A DNA stretch of 64,000 bases from Paragordius varius. Taxonomy: Eukaryota; Animalia; Nematomorpha. Where the stretch lies: contig OZ176053.1 of the NCBI GenBank assembly GCA_964247055.1, forward strand, positions 9,300,001 through 9,364,000. The letters are read 5' to 3'. The stretch's first letter is position 1. The number at the start of each line of letters is the position of its first letter. The notes under the pieces are model-generated. The model was not told the origin of the DNA. It saw nothing but the letters and a program-made list of their open reading frames with translations, and made no database searches. Below, piece by piece: positions 25,205 through 38,700 of the stretch. A program made the position numbers and the translations under genes.

Positions 25205-26765
25205 GTTTAAATAACTTTAAATCGTCGACTCATGCCTTAAGCAAGGAATAGCAAAATAGAGAAAGCATATGGAACTCAAATTGAAGTTCCATTATTAACA
25301 AAATAATTTAAAAAGTGTATGTATGTAATCTCTATTAAAAAATGAGTTTGCGTGTAGAATGTTTGAAAGCATTTGCTTAAAAGGTCTTTTGAATAGATAA
25401 ATATAACCTCTCGATTAGAAGCATGTTTTTATGATTCCCTTAACACCTATCTTTGTGATGATTGATACAAATGCAAATGTTCTAAAATTAACTTAATATT
25501 TATAGTTTGATAGGTTAATGGAACTATTTTTGTCGTCGAAAATCTTAAACAAGCTGGATACTAACTTGTATTTTTTCTTCCTGTTTAGCCAATATATACA
25601 ATTTTCTGTGTAAATTCCAAGATTATCCATTTTATTTTTTAATTTTTAGAAAGAATATGCATACTTATTCATGATGGGTCAAACACAATTTTAAACATGA
25701 TTAGCACACTTCATTCTTTAATTTAAATGTGATTACACATTATTTATCCTTTATTTTTATTTACAATGGAGCTTCATATTGAGCGAATCATTTATACTAA
25801 ATTTTAATTTTTTCTGTTTATGAAAAAAACTTGAAATTATTATATAAAATAGAATAGCCTCAAATCACAGTGAACATATACAACGTTTTCTCTTGAGGAA
25901 ACCGATAATCGAGCACTAGCTTTATGGCGAAGCAATGAACAAATATTAGCTGTCGGCCCTCCCTATAATACAATTATTTGGTTAAAAAAATTCACCTAAT
26001 GGTTTAGCGCTATGTAAGTGGTATTTGATTTATTAGATTGAAACTATGAAGTAAAATGTGAAACCGTCCGTCAACAATAATCAAAAATCATTTTTCCTTT
26101 ATTTACTTATTATAACACAAAAAAATTGATTTTGCCAAAAATTTATATTGAATAAATTGGTGGTGGATCTTTAGAACTATTACATAAAAACGTTATTTTA
26201 TGATTTGCACTGATCCATCAAAATAAGTTTGTGCTGATAATTAGAGACCTATGTAATATAATTAATCTTTTTGCACAATGTTAACTGGTAACATTTTAGA
26301 AAATGATGAGAGGCTTTATTAACTTTTTTTTAATCTTCTTAACAAAACCCTTATTTTTTTCTTAAGCGGGAAATTATAGAATCGGTAATTGGTGGTTAAT
26401 AATGTTTATCTGTAACGTAAAATATCAAAAGTTTTATATAAATTCAAAACATTTTTAAAAAAACTAATAAATTTATTTTGATTACATATTTAAAACAAAA
26501 ACTCTTCGCAATAGTCTCTATTAATGGCGGAAATGGTAACATCGAACGCTAAACATAAATATTTAATTAGAATGCATGGACCAAAGTAGATGGCTACATT
26601 TATTTTGCTATAGGTTTAGTAATAACACATAAAAGAATTCTGTGATTAATAATTTACTAATATTTATATAAATAAGTTTTTTATAGATATACATGCGTTC
26701 AAATACAAAACTTTAAATTAATCTACAAATGTATAGAATAAGGCACCAATCAACATAAATAAATT

Positions 26766-29700
26766 TTATAATTGATCTTTTTGCAAGGTGTCTGTAGATG
26801 GGACTGTTGAGGTTGATGGTTTAGAGCTAGTCGATTTTATAGAATTTGTCCGATGAAGGTCATTTTTATTAACGGGCGGTGGTTTAAACGTGATGGCTGG
26901 TACATCGTATATAGAATCCCGTTTAACTAATGGTGATGTTGGGGGCATATCTAATAATTTTTTAAATTTATCTGTCAATTTTTGTATTATGTTTAGGTTA
27001 AAAATTTTTAATAAAGGCGCAAAAATATTGGTTAATACCAGTAACAGATGGAGTGGCAGATAGAAATGATGCGGGAGAATCTAAAACAGATGCATCATCA
27101 AGTTTCCCTAATTATAAAATACAACTGTATAATGATAATTATAATACGAATCATTTTAGTAAAAAAAACTTATAGAATATAAAAACCAGCAGCACATATA
27201 TGAGTAATAATAATAAATAAATGATATGGAAAAGAAACCTTTTGCTTTCATAATTTCTTGATTGCTTATTGGTGGTTTGGGGTTAGGATCCAAGATAGAT
27301 GGTAAATGCGCAGGTGCGTTGGAATAAGCATCACTTAGCTTTCTAGGTGGATTGGGCATTTTTTGGGGCGTTAAAGCTGGGGTTTTCCATGGCAATGCCT
27401 TTTCCGCGATGGTTAAAGATTGCCTTGGTATTTCAGCATCTTCAGGCTTTTCGGATTCCGTGGCATTATTTTCGTCTCCATCGGTTTTTTTGTCCTCGCC
27501 AACATCTACTAATTGCATATCTTTTTCAATAGCTAGTGATTTTGGTTTTGAAGTTGACACTCCACTCGTGTCTTTCAAAATACCCTGAGGAGGTGGTGGC
27601 GCAATGATTTCCTCTTTTTTCATAGGTGTTGGTGTAGCGGGAGGTGGGGGCTAATGTGGTATAAAAGCGAAAAATAAACTTGAAGTTTTATTATTCATGA
27701 ACAAATGCTTTTTGAAATTTATAACCTTTACCAAATGAGGATATTTATATGTCGTTTTCACAGGGCACAAAATATAAGGGTTAAAAAAATATTCTGATTA
27801 CCTATAAAAAATGTATCAGTATTATGGTGCTTTTGGTATTATATGGCTTATGAGTGATTTATGAAATTTATTTGCACTTTCATGGTATTTTCCCCATAAA
27901 ACTCGCAAAATTAGCTCACATGTCAAATAAAAAATTTTCGGTGAAAGCTAAATGCCACATTCCAAACATATCATTAATATATATCATAAACCATATTTAT
28001 AAATCAAAACCACATTTATATTTTAATTCGTACTCCGGAATTCAAAAATTTTTGGCCCCATGGATTAGTTATTTTTAATTAAGGCGAAAATGCCGAGGTG
28101 AGCGATAAAAATTTAATACATGCTAGATTGTGACATCAAACATGAATTTTTTTTAAAAAAATGGATATTTTGCTCTAAAATTCAAATTTTGGTAAATATT
28201 GTAGAAGGGTACTTGATGGTATTTTAGCATGGTGGAAACGTTAAAACGCTTTAATTAAATACCACCTTTCTATATAAATTCGAGGATGCTAAAACATTTC
28301 AATCACCTCATTCTGAGGTGATAGATATGTTCAGCATTATTGAATAAAAAGGTGTTTTTCATATATTATAGGTTTTTATATTGTTTCCACTAAAAACCAT
28401 GAGGCAGGCTTCAACAAAATTAGACTTAGCAAGGTATTTCTTATTAAAAAATTATGTCGTAATCTACCACTTATTAACAATTTTATCTCGCAACCTAGGC
28501 ATTTTGTGATTATTTTGAGAGAACTAACCCATTTTGTAGGGGTCCAAAAATTTGCGTATTTTTGGAGTTTACGTATAAAATTATTAATCTAATATAAATC
28601 TGGTTTAGCTTTTTAATCTAGATTTATGATTTTTGAATAGAACATTTAGCATACACTATAAAATATTTATCATAAGGTGTGCTTTTGCAATCTTTGCAAT
28701 GAAGCAATTACCACAAACGTGCAAATAACTTTCTTAAATTATTTTTAAGCCCCAAAACAAATAGCTCCATAACATTTTTCGAATATCTATATATTTCATC
28801 GAACTATTTTTTTGTGTACATTGTGTTTTTAATTATTTTCGAGTACCTTTGGTACAATGGATGGAGGTGTTGTCTCATTTTCATTAGTTTCCTGGTCTTT
28901 GAGCAAATGCTCATTTTCTTGGTTTTGATTAATTGTTTCTTTGTACATTGGCTTTTCTAGTTTTTAGTGTATAAATTTAATTCAATTTAAAACATAAACC
29001 TTAGTTCAAAAAATTATATCATGGTAGCGAAGAAAATTTAATATAGTTACAAGTCGACAAATGTTTAGTTGCGCCTACAAATAAAAATTTTAACTTAATA
29101 AAAAGAAAATGCCCATATAATTTCTAGCGTAAAGCAATAAATGGCAAATAATCCTTCATATATCTATTAATACCACTTGAGATCATGGCACTTAGATGAA
29201 CATCGCCTAATTCTATCTTTTATTGAAGTCTTTTTGGCAAACGATTAGGGAAGGCAAGAGTAAGAAAAATTATTTATAACACTGGAAAAATTCGTGAAAA
29301 ATGTGTTACGAAACATATATTTAAAAACTTCTTTATAGTTTATCATAAATTTAACTTGCGTCTTTTGGAGTTATGGCCACCGTAACTTTTTTCCCTTGAG
29401 TCGATGGTACTGCCTGAGTGTTTGTAGGGCCTCCTGATTTAATTATCTCACCATTTGCCATATTAGGCAATAAGGGAGTTGCATTTGTAGATGGAGGCTT
29501 TAAAGTTTGTGGCTGTTGTTTTTGCAAAGGAATGTCCCCATTAATTTTTATGGTAGGTGGATGTTTAGCTGGGCCAGCTGCAAAAAATAAGCCCTCTTCC
29601 TCTCCACCGCTGCCTGCATCTCCCAAATGACTGCTTGGAGATAAATGCGTTGGAGAACCCGTAAGAGTCATAGATAAGCGTCTAAGAGCTCCGCCGATAC

Positions 29701-32700
29701 CACTAAATTTGGATTTAGTCGATGACCCGGAAATAATGCTATCTGTATTATACAACAAAAAAATAGATTGGAAAGGGAAAAAATATATTATTCTGTAAAA
29801 AAAATTCAACATTCCGTGATATAACGGTAAAGTTAACGAAAATAGGCATTAAAGAAAATAAAGCTACGGACTTCCAAAAAAGTCTATATAGAACATGATC
29901 GATTCCTAAATTTACCATAAATATCTTATTTCCCGAATTTTGGCAGCATATAATCAACTAAAAATATTATATAATGAAAAAAACGCTTAAATAATAATTT
30001 AAAATATATTGCGATAAAAACTTTTTATAATAGTATCAATTATAAAAAATTTTAACCAGAAAGAAAAATATTTTTTTATCAAACGATTATCAACACTTCC
30101 TTCATTATCTTTTTGATATCAATTACATATTGGGGTTGGTTTTGTACCCCAGAACTTAAACTGTGAATAAACTAGTGTGTTGAAAATATTTTGTCAAAAT
30201 TTAATTATCAAAAACATTTTCCTAAACTTCCAGTCCGAAGATGGGATATCTTCAAAATCCATTGAATAAAGAGCTAATTTCAAAATTAATTATCAAATGA
30301 CACCAATGCAATTTAAACCCATTATAAAAGTTAATACATTTTTAAAACATTAAATAAATTTATCCTGTTGTATAAGCATTTAAATAAGTTCAAAGAAAAA
30401 ATGGCGGCCAAGAGATTGAGATAAAATATTGTTTACAAATATAAATATTCAAAAATTGAACTTTGCATATTATTTGGCTTAATATTGAATAGATCGCTCA
30501 AAAAGGTATAATTGATATGTAACAAATGACTTTAACAATAAAGCGAAAGATAGAATGATTATATAAAGGTTGTAAAAAAGGATCCCACATCTTTTATAAT
30601 ATATTTTAATCAAGATTATTTGTGTAATTATAATTCTATCTTTAAATTTTTAATAAATCCAAGTCAATATGTGCTGCACTAAATCATCCATATTTAGATC
30701 GTTATATTATAATCAAACCGTTTTTTCCAAGTCGTTTTTTGTGCGTTTTTGCTCTAGTAAAGGACGTGGTGTTTTTTGTTTAGCTGTGTATCTGTGTTGC
30801 GGACTAGGTTGACCAGATTGTGGTGGATTATTATCGAAAAGCATGTGCCGACTATATTTTTTAACCTGCAATAATCATGAATGTTTGTTAGAAAATCAAA
30901 TATTTTTAATCCAAAATAATCGTAATAAAACTTACGGTATGCATCTGGCGGCAAAAGATATAATAAATGGAATTAAAAAATTTATCTATTAATATTTGAC
31001 TAAAAATATTAATTTTATACAATTTTAATACATTATTTAAATAAGGTTTAAGCTACCAGGGAGAAATTGGAAAGAGCATCGTCAAACCTGTAATAATTTC
31101 ATATTTTAGTGCGTTTTTTTACTTTTTGTTATTTAAATAAACTTTGAGAACAGTACCACAATTTGTTTTGCTAAAATCGAGCATTGATTCTTAAATTTTG
31201 TCCAAAATTTAATTAAGTAAAAATCATAAAATATACTTTTTGCCTGGGTTGGTACATCATGTCCTCAACTAAATGATGCCATTTGTCAGTCTCTTCACGG
31301 TTAAAATAAACCGGATCAAGATGTGATGTGTCAATAATCGGCATTTCTCCAATCGCTTGTTCTTCATTTATCATTCTTTATATTTTAAAAAAAAATAGGA
31401 TATTTTTGAATATGTTAGAAACTAAAAATTAATATCTCTTTTTCTAGGTAATTAAAGTATATTATTGCAAAAATTACGATAAATCCTTTTTGTAAGCATG
31501 AATATCTCCTCCATGTTCCTGGATGTATTCATTAGCATCCCGAAGGTTTAACTTGGTACAGACTTCTACCAATTTATTTTCACGGGATGTTGGCATACGT
31601 TTCATTAAGAACGGTTTGATATATTTGGTTTCCCATAATTCAAATCTTAGATTTTAAAAAAGCATTTAAATTACATTAGATCATCCAAAACATAATAATG
31701 TAAAAACATAGTTTTGTTTAAAAACTTACTGATCTCGAACACGGTTTCTCCCTTTAGCACCAATTAAATCTTCTATACCCACAAGTAAATGATCAAAACA
31801 CTACAAAATTTTATTAGCTATATAAAAAATACCCGTTCAAAAAGAATTTCCGTCATATTTTTATCCTTTGGAGCGGCTTTTTTGACTTGTAAAAACTCTA
31901 CCAATGGCCTTATCGTTAAACCCTAAAATATGAAAAAATAGATTTAGACAATATCCATGTTAATAAACCTATTTTTTAAAATTAATATATTCTAAACCAG
32001 TGTAATTTATTAGACTTAACTTATAACCAAAATGTGAAAAACTAAATTTAAATTATATCCATATAGATAAACCCTATATTAAATAAATTATGTTTTCCAC
32101 CATTCTTAATTTAGTTAACACTTTACATCTCATATGTAATCAAAAAATTCACCCGTATAATTGGGACATAATAATTAAGAAATATAAATGAAATACTCTA
32201 TTCAACATAAATGTTTTCGTATTAATAAAATAATATATTCCGATAATTTCTTAAACCTGAAAAAACGATGTGAATATAACAATGACCACAGTAGTCGTCA
32301 TAAACATGCGTTTAGTATGAAGTCCCAAAGAATCTTGATCTAACAACATTGCCAGTGAAAAGGATATAGCACCACGTAATCCACCATATATCAAAATAAA
32401 AATGTCAACTTTGTTCATTTTAACTAGGCGTCTCCGATTAAGGAGTGGTATTATCAACAAAACACCTGTATATTGCAAAAGCGGTAAATAAATTATTCTA
32501 TCTATATTGGTAAATAATAATTATTGAATTCTATTGATCTAAAACCAAATATTTTGCCATAAAAATGAAAGTTTTAAACGGTTACGGATTTCATAGTTTC
32601 GCTTAATATTCCTTTTTTTGCGCAAAAATTCCTTAGTTTGGGGTTGAATGGGTATGATTTTGGTTCTATATTTCACATTTATAGTAAGTCTAATTTACAG

Positions 32701-35700
32701 TGTGAAAAAATACCCAAAAATAATTTATAAACTACAAGATTTTGTGTGCTACTTTCCTAAAAAAACTAAAAAAAGAAACTAATATAAAAAAATAAGGTTA
32801 ACATCTATAGTTAATTGCAAATGCTTCCAAAAAACGCACATGGTTTCATTTCCCCTGAGAATATTTATGTTGTATTTTGTACAAAATATTCTCTGTATTT
32901 AGTTATGTTACCTATTGCACGATATGACAAGCAAAATACTATGGAACAAAGTGTAAATGCCGTATTCCAAACGTGAGTATCCACGACTGTAGATAAACCA
33001 AGGAAAAGAAATATAATGCTTTCACACATACTACTGAGTAGCTTCATGGTATATTTGACAGAAACGGTCGATTTTTCAGCTATATTGGCTTCAACATATT
33101 TGCGCATAATTAACCCACAAAACACAATTCTATGCAAAATATAAATGTATTTCTTACAGAGCTAAATGATTTAAGAATGAACCTATGTGACTTTAGCAGT
33201 GAATTTGCATTGTTTAAATTAATATTTATAAGTTCTCCATATAAAAATTATTTTTCTATATTAACTTTCATAAATATTGGATATCATTAAAATAATTATT
33301 CAAATTAAAATTTACTCATTAAAACCTTTAAACACCCTCATCAATAATGACAGCAGTTAAATATTTTAATTTATATTTATGAGTCAAAATTAAAAAATAT
33401 ATATTAATTTATATAATAACTTATTTAACAAAAAACTATGGAAATATTGTACAAAAATTTGTTATATTCTCAAATGTGATTTAAAAATCAATATTTACAA
33501 GCCAAAACGCAATGTATATTCTAAAAAAATTTTAATCATATAAGAAGAATCAATATGTTGTATATGATAAAATATATTACGCTAAAATTCCCGAAAGCTT
33601 GAACATGTCCGCCATGAGATAGGAGACGTAAGCCAACAGAAATATAAACAGTGGTTCAATTACAGTTACCTTTTCAGTATATCTAATTTGATATGTGTAT
33701 TAAAATTATGTTTTAGTAATTACTAACTATGAAAATATGATTAATTTAATATATATTCGAATTAATTATCATTAGTTATAAAATCTCTAAAATCCTGTAT
33801 AATCCCTAAAATTAAAAAAAGACATAAGATTGTCTCATCTCTCTTTTTCAACGGATTTATGACAATAAAAAAGTTTTTTTTCCATGTTTCTAGATTTACA
33901 AAGAGTGCATTACATACTTAGTTAGCCAACTTGTGAAGAATGCAAAAAGGCTACCAATGAGTGTACCACCAAGTGCCACGACGAAAAATGATATAACACC
34001 ATAAACAATATCTTGAGTTATTATATTGCGAGGACCAATTTTGCTATATGTACCAAACATATTGTATAGCACCTAAAAAATATTACAAATATATAAATAT
34101 CATCAATAAAGTTCATTTGAAAAAAACTATGATAAATGGTTAATTTTTTTGTCAAAAAAAATAAAACTGTACAACTAAAACGTATCTAAAACTTCTGATA
34201 CAGGAAAACATTTTCTTATCCGTTAAATTTTTTCTTTTGGCGAAATTAATTCTCATATGAATTAATTTAAGTATAAATTCTCTTAATTAAAATATCATTC
34301 AATCATTTACTTACAAAATATTAAATATATTCTTTTTGTGACCACTAAAACATATAACTAAGCCAAATTTCGCTAGATTATTAAATTAAATACAACTTAC
34401 AACGGCAACACCGTCGTTTAATAAGGATTCTCCAAACACTACGATATGTAGGACCTCATTTACTTGGGCTTCCTCAAAAACCGCTAAAATAGCGACAGGG
34501 TCTACAGCAGAGATCAAGCTACTGAATAGCAAACAATGTAAGAGAGGCAAATGGTATCCATACCAACCTAAACGCACAAATAAATTTGTGTAATAAGTTG
34601 ATTTGTTAATACTTGCATAGGTTAAAAACTGATGAAATTGCAGATATAAAATGTTTTGCAAAAAATATTCTTATTAACAAATTTTTTATTTATAATCTAT
34701 ACATTTTAAGTATTACAACTTAAATCTGTTTAAAGTTTTAGTGGCATTTCTCCCCCATATTATGGGCTAAAGTGGGTAAAAATGAACCTATTATAAAAAG
34801 TTTTTAATTTATACATATTAATCTTGGACGTTTGAACATATACACGACCATGTGATCATTTATTATAATTCAGGCAGTGATTTCATAATATACTATCACA
34901 AATCATTGTATACAAAAATATAGATCCTCTAACGTTTTTAATATTAATATATTTGTTTGCAAAAAACTAACCCGCCACAGATACGGCATACAGAGAAAAC
35001 CCGACCATTAATGTGTTCCAAAGAGTGCCAACCACAGCCAATAGTAAAATGGTACCGATATTTTCAAAGAATGGTCTTCGAGGCATAAAATACCCCGCTT
35101 CCAACACGATGGGTGGCAGCAAGAATAAAAAGAAAACGGACGTTGACAAGCTATAATCCAGATCCTCTGAGCTGGAGAAGAATAAAATCATTCCAGTCAA
35201 AACGCCAAGCATAATTAACATACATGATTCGGGTATGTAGGATGCCGGTTTATGAGACAAATGAAAACCTAATTAGGAAAAATTATTTTTTACTTTTTTA
35301 TTTTTTCAATAACAAATATGCATTTCCTGGCCAACTTTTACCATTCTCAAAAGTAAGGACCTAAATTGGATAATTATTACGGACCCGTGGAGGCTTTAAT
35401 TTAATCGATCGCAAGGCCTAAGGCTGACATTGATGATATAAAATTGTGAAGTTAAGGGGCTCAAACCTATACAAAAAAGCAATCGGACGCCCTGACCACC
35501 CTACTAAACCAATTAATAAGTTGTGCTATGATAATATATCAATCATACAATAGTGTGCTGTGACCAAGGTGTGTATACATGTGTATATTATATGCAGTAT
35601 AAAATAACGATTATAAGGACAAAATCTTAAAACTAGAAAAATATTTTTTAAAAAAGACAACCATATATTTGTTTTAAATAAAATTCATGTTTTGGAATGC

Positions 35701-38700
35701 ATAATATAAAATAAAGCTATAAATTTAGACAGTTAATTATAATTCACAATCTTAACATAAAGGTTGTATTAAAAAAGAAAAAATGTCTCAAAAAAGTGCC
35801 TTTCGGTTTTTGACGTTTTATCTTGATATAAATGATAAAAAATTACATATTTTTCTTAATTCCATCAATAACTACTAGAGAAAGAATATAATGTACATTT
35901 TATGGGATAATTATTTATTAGCTATTTACATAAACGACTTTCAAATACATTTCGGAAGTTTTATGTCCATTATTTTGATAGAACGCCAATTTATGAAGGT
36001 AAGGCAGACAAAAAGTAAAAACTAAAAAACAAATATTTTTAATAGCCTTGAAACCTTGATATTTTCTACATAAACTTTATGATTAGAATTGTGAAATGTC
36101 TAATTAGTAATTAATTTCTCTATTGCAACAAAAAACCATAATAATTACAGTGTGCACATTTATGCAGACTTTTCACATAATTATTGGTCATCTTGTAAAA
36201 CACTAGTGTGTTATAAAACAAATTTTAACCATAATCTAATAAATAAAGTAATGTAATATGGGAAAAAAATGTTTAATTTAAACATTTTGTCGTTTTTTGC
36301 CATACACTACTGTGTTGCCAATCTACCAACTACAATATGAAAAAGCCAGCATATATGTTCATACTATATAATCTAAAAAATTGAAAGCAGGGGCGTACCG
36401 ATGGGGGGGCAAGGGGGTGCATCATGCCCCGAGCGCCGTTATTTAGGGGCGCCTAAATAATTTTTTAAAATTAAATTTTAATTATGCAATAATAATAAGA
36501 ACTTTCAAATGAGATTTTTCAGCAATTTAGGTAATAATCCCTATAATATATACTCTATTATTCACCTAATTAGTACCATTGAATAAATTAGTATCATATA
36601 TATATATTTAATAGATTTAAAATTTATATGACTGTGCTGTCATATCTATGGTGTTTAGGTTACAAAGTTTGCATTTTCTTTTACTAAATTGTTTTATTGG
36701 CTTTAAAGAAAAGGGGGGAGGGGCGCCATAAAAGTTTTATACCCCGGGCGCCGCAAATGCTCGGTACGCCACTGAGATTAAGTCATGGTTGTCTTAAAAA
36801 AATATTTGTCTCTTGGTTTTTATACCTTTTGTCTGATTATTTTATTTTTTAACTGGTATTCATTTTAACAAATAAAATTATTATTAATTGTTAAATATAT
36901 TGTACCTTTTCCACCTTAAATGCCGGTTTATAAGAGAGAGAAGAAAAATAAACTATTTCCCATTCAATCAAACATTTTCCCAATCAATAAAAACGGTTTT
37001 ATAACTTTTTCTTATTATGAGCATACTAAAAAGTATATTATTTTTTGTAAACATAAAAATTTACTTTTTTTTATTTTTTTAACTTTATTGTGCAATCATT
37101 AAATAACTGATATGATTAATTTATTAAGTGTATTTTTTTTGCACCTCAAATTTAACCTCAAACATTTCACCACCCTTAAACTTGTAAAATTCCCCTTTAA
37201 ATCTTTCTAATTACTCTAAAAATAATTTGGGTAAGCTAAATTAACTCACAATTGAGATTAGTCATTTTGGCATAGTTTATTATTATTTTTGTTTCCCATA
37301 ATAAAGTATTGTTTTGCTAAAACTTTAATTTAAACATTAAGCCATTTGAAAAAAAATATAATTAATTTTTTAAGATGTAAGGAAGAAAAATAAGGATGTA
37401 CATACAAAAATCAAATATTAATCTCAATTATAATTTATCTCAAAATTATCCATATTTTTTTTAAAGATAATTTGAAAGATAAAGGGAAATTCGACATGAA
37501 GGGTTAATGAAATGTTCGAGGAATTTCAAGGTGTAAACAAATTAAACCTTAAAAATCAAAATTTTATTAGCTTAAGTCATTTAATGATTGCGCAATAAAA
37601 AAAATAAAAAAAAGCATTAAATTTCTGTTTTCAATAAATAATATTCTTTTTGGTATGATCTTAATAAAAGTTATTTATATATCTCATTTTGATATTTATT
37701 ATCAAAAATAAAGTCGTTTTTCTTGAATACCATAATGCTTCGATTGACGGGGAAATCGTTTCAATCGACTAGGACAGAGAAATCATTATTGACTGAGAAA
37801 ATGCTTTTTTAGACTGGGAAATGGTATATAAAACGTAATTCTAATTTTTTAATGTACACCCTCTTTCAAATAATATCGGCGGCATTACTAAATGTTTTAA
37901 TACTCCACTATAACCAATTGGTATAAGATCCCCATATTCAACTATTTTACTGTTTCTCATTATATTGGTATATATTCAGAGATTAAAACCTGGACCGAAA
38001 CCTTTAATTTTTGAGTAACCGTTCAGAGTTTAAAGAAATAAATTGGGAAAAATTTAACCATTATATCAAAAATCGTGCATGATGGTCACTCCAAAGTAAA
38101 AGCCAAAAGCTTTTGTTATTACATTTTATTTATAAACTAACATACCAATATTAAGTATATTATTTGACCATTGGATGGCTTTTAGACATGAAAAGAAATG
38201 AATAATTTAAGTAGAATTAGGTGACCCGTTAATATATTTTAGAGTAAAAGGAATGTACTATTATTGATTTTTACGTTTAAATAAAGTGTCTTCTCATAAT
38301 GTATTTGTACTAGTGAGATTTTTAAATTTAGATTTAATCAATATTTAAATTCTTTTCATTCAATAAAATATAGTAAACTATTTAAAGTGATAAGATATAT
38401 GAATTTAACTATTAAATAATTGTAAAAATTATTTTAAAAGGTTTATTTTAAACGTGGTAAGCGACAATTTCAAAGTGTTTAAGCTTACCAACAATAATAG
38501 ACAATATATTTCGGGATTGTATAAATTTACAGAGAGATGGACAAAACAATAATCCAGAACCTACTAAAATTTTACGATCGATAAAGGAGTTAGTTAGTTA
38601 TCTTTTCTGATGATGGAATTATTAGATAATAGCCATCCTGACAAATTTGTTGAATAAAACATTTTTTACGTAATATAATTTAGTTATATCACCACGCTAA

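Noticed and set aside
29175-29216. Possible extra NHE-C exon RIRRCSS, reminiscent of NHE1 RIQRCLSD
   Set aside because: 43 nt breaks the frame, and the flanking exons already join in phase 1.
27347-29630. Plus-strand ORFs 27347-27532, 27352-27588 and 29418-29630
   Set aside because: Antisense shadows of GC-richer NHE-C exons.
31057-31087. AG/GT-bounded 31-nt segment in an NHE-C intron as a poison or alternative terminal exon
   Set aside because: It reads GTT TGA in the required phase, but there is no independent support; easily a chance match.
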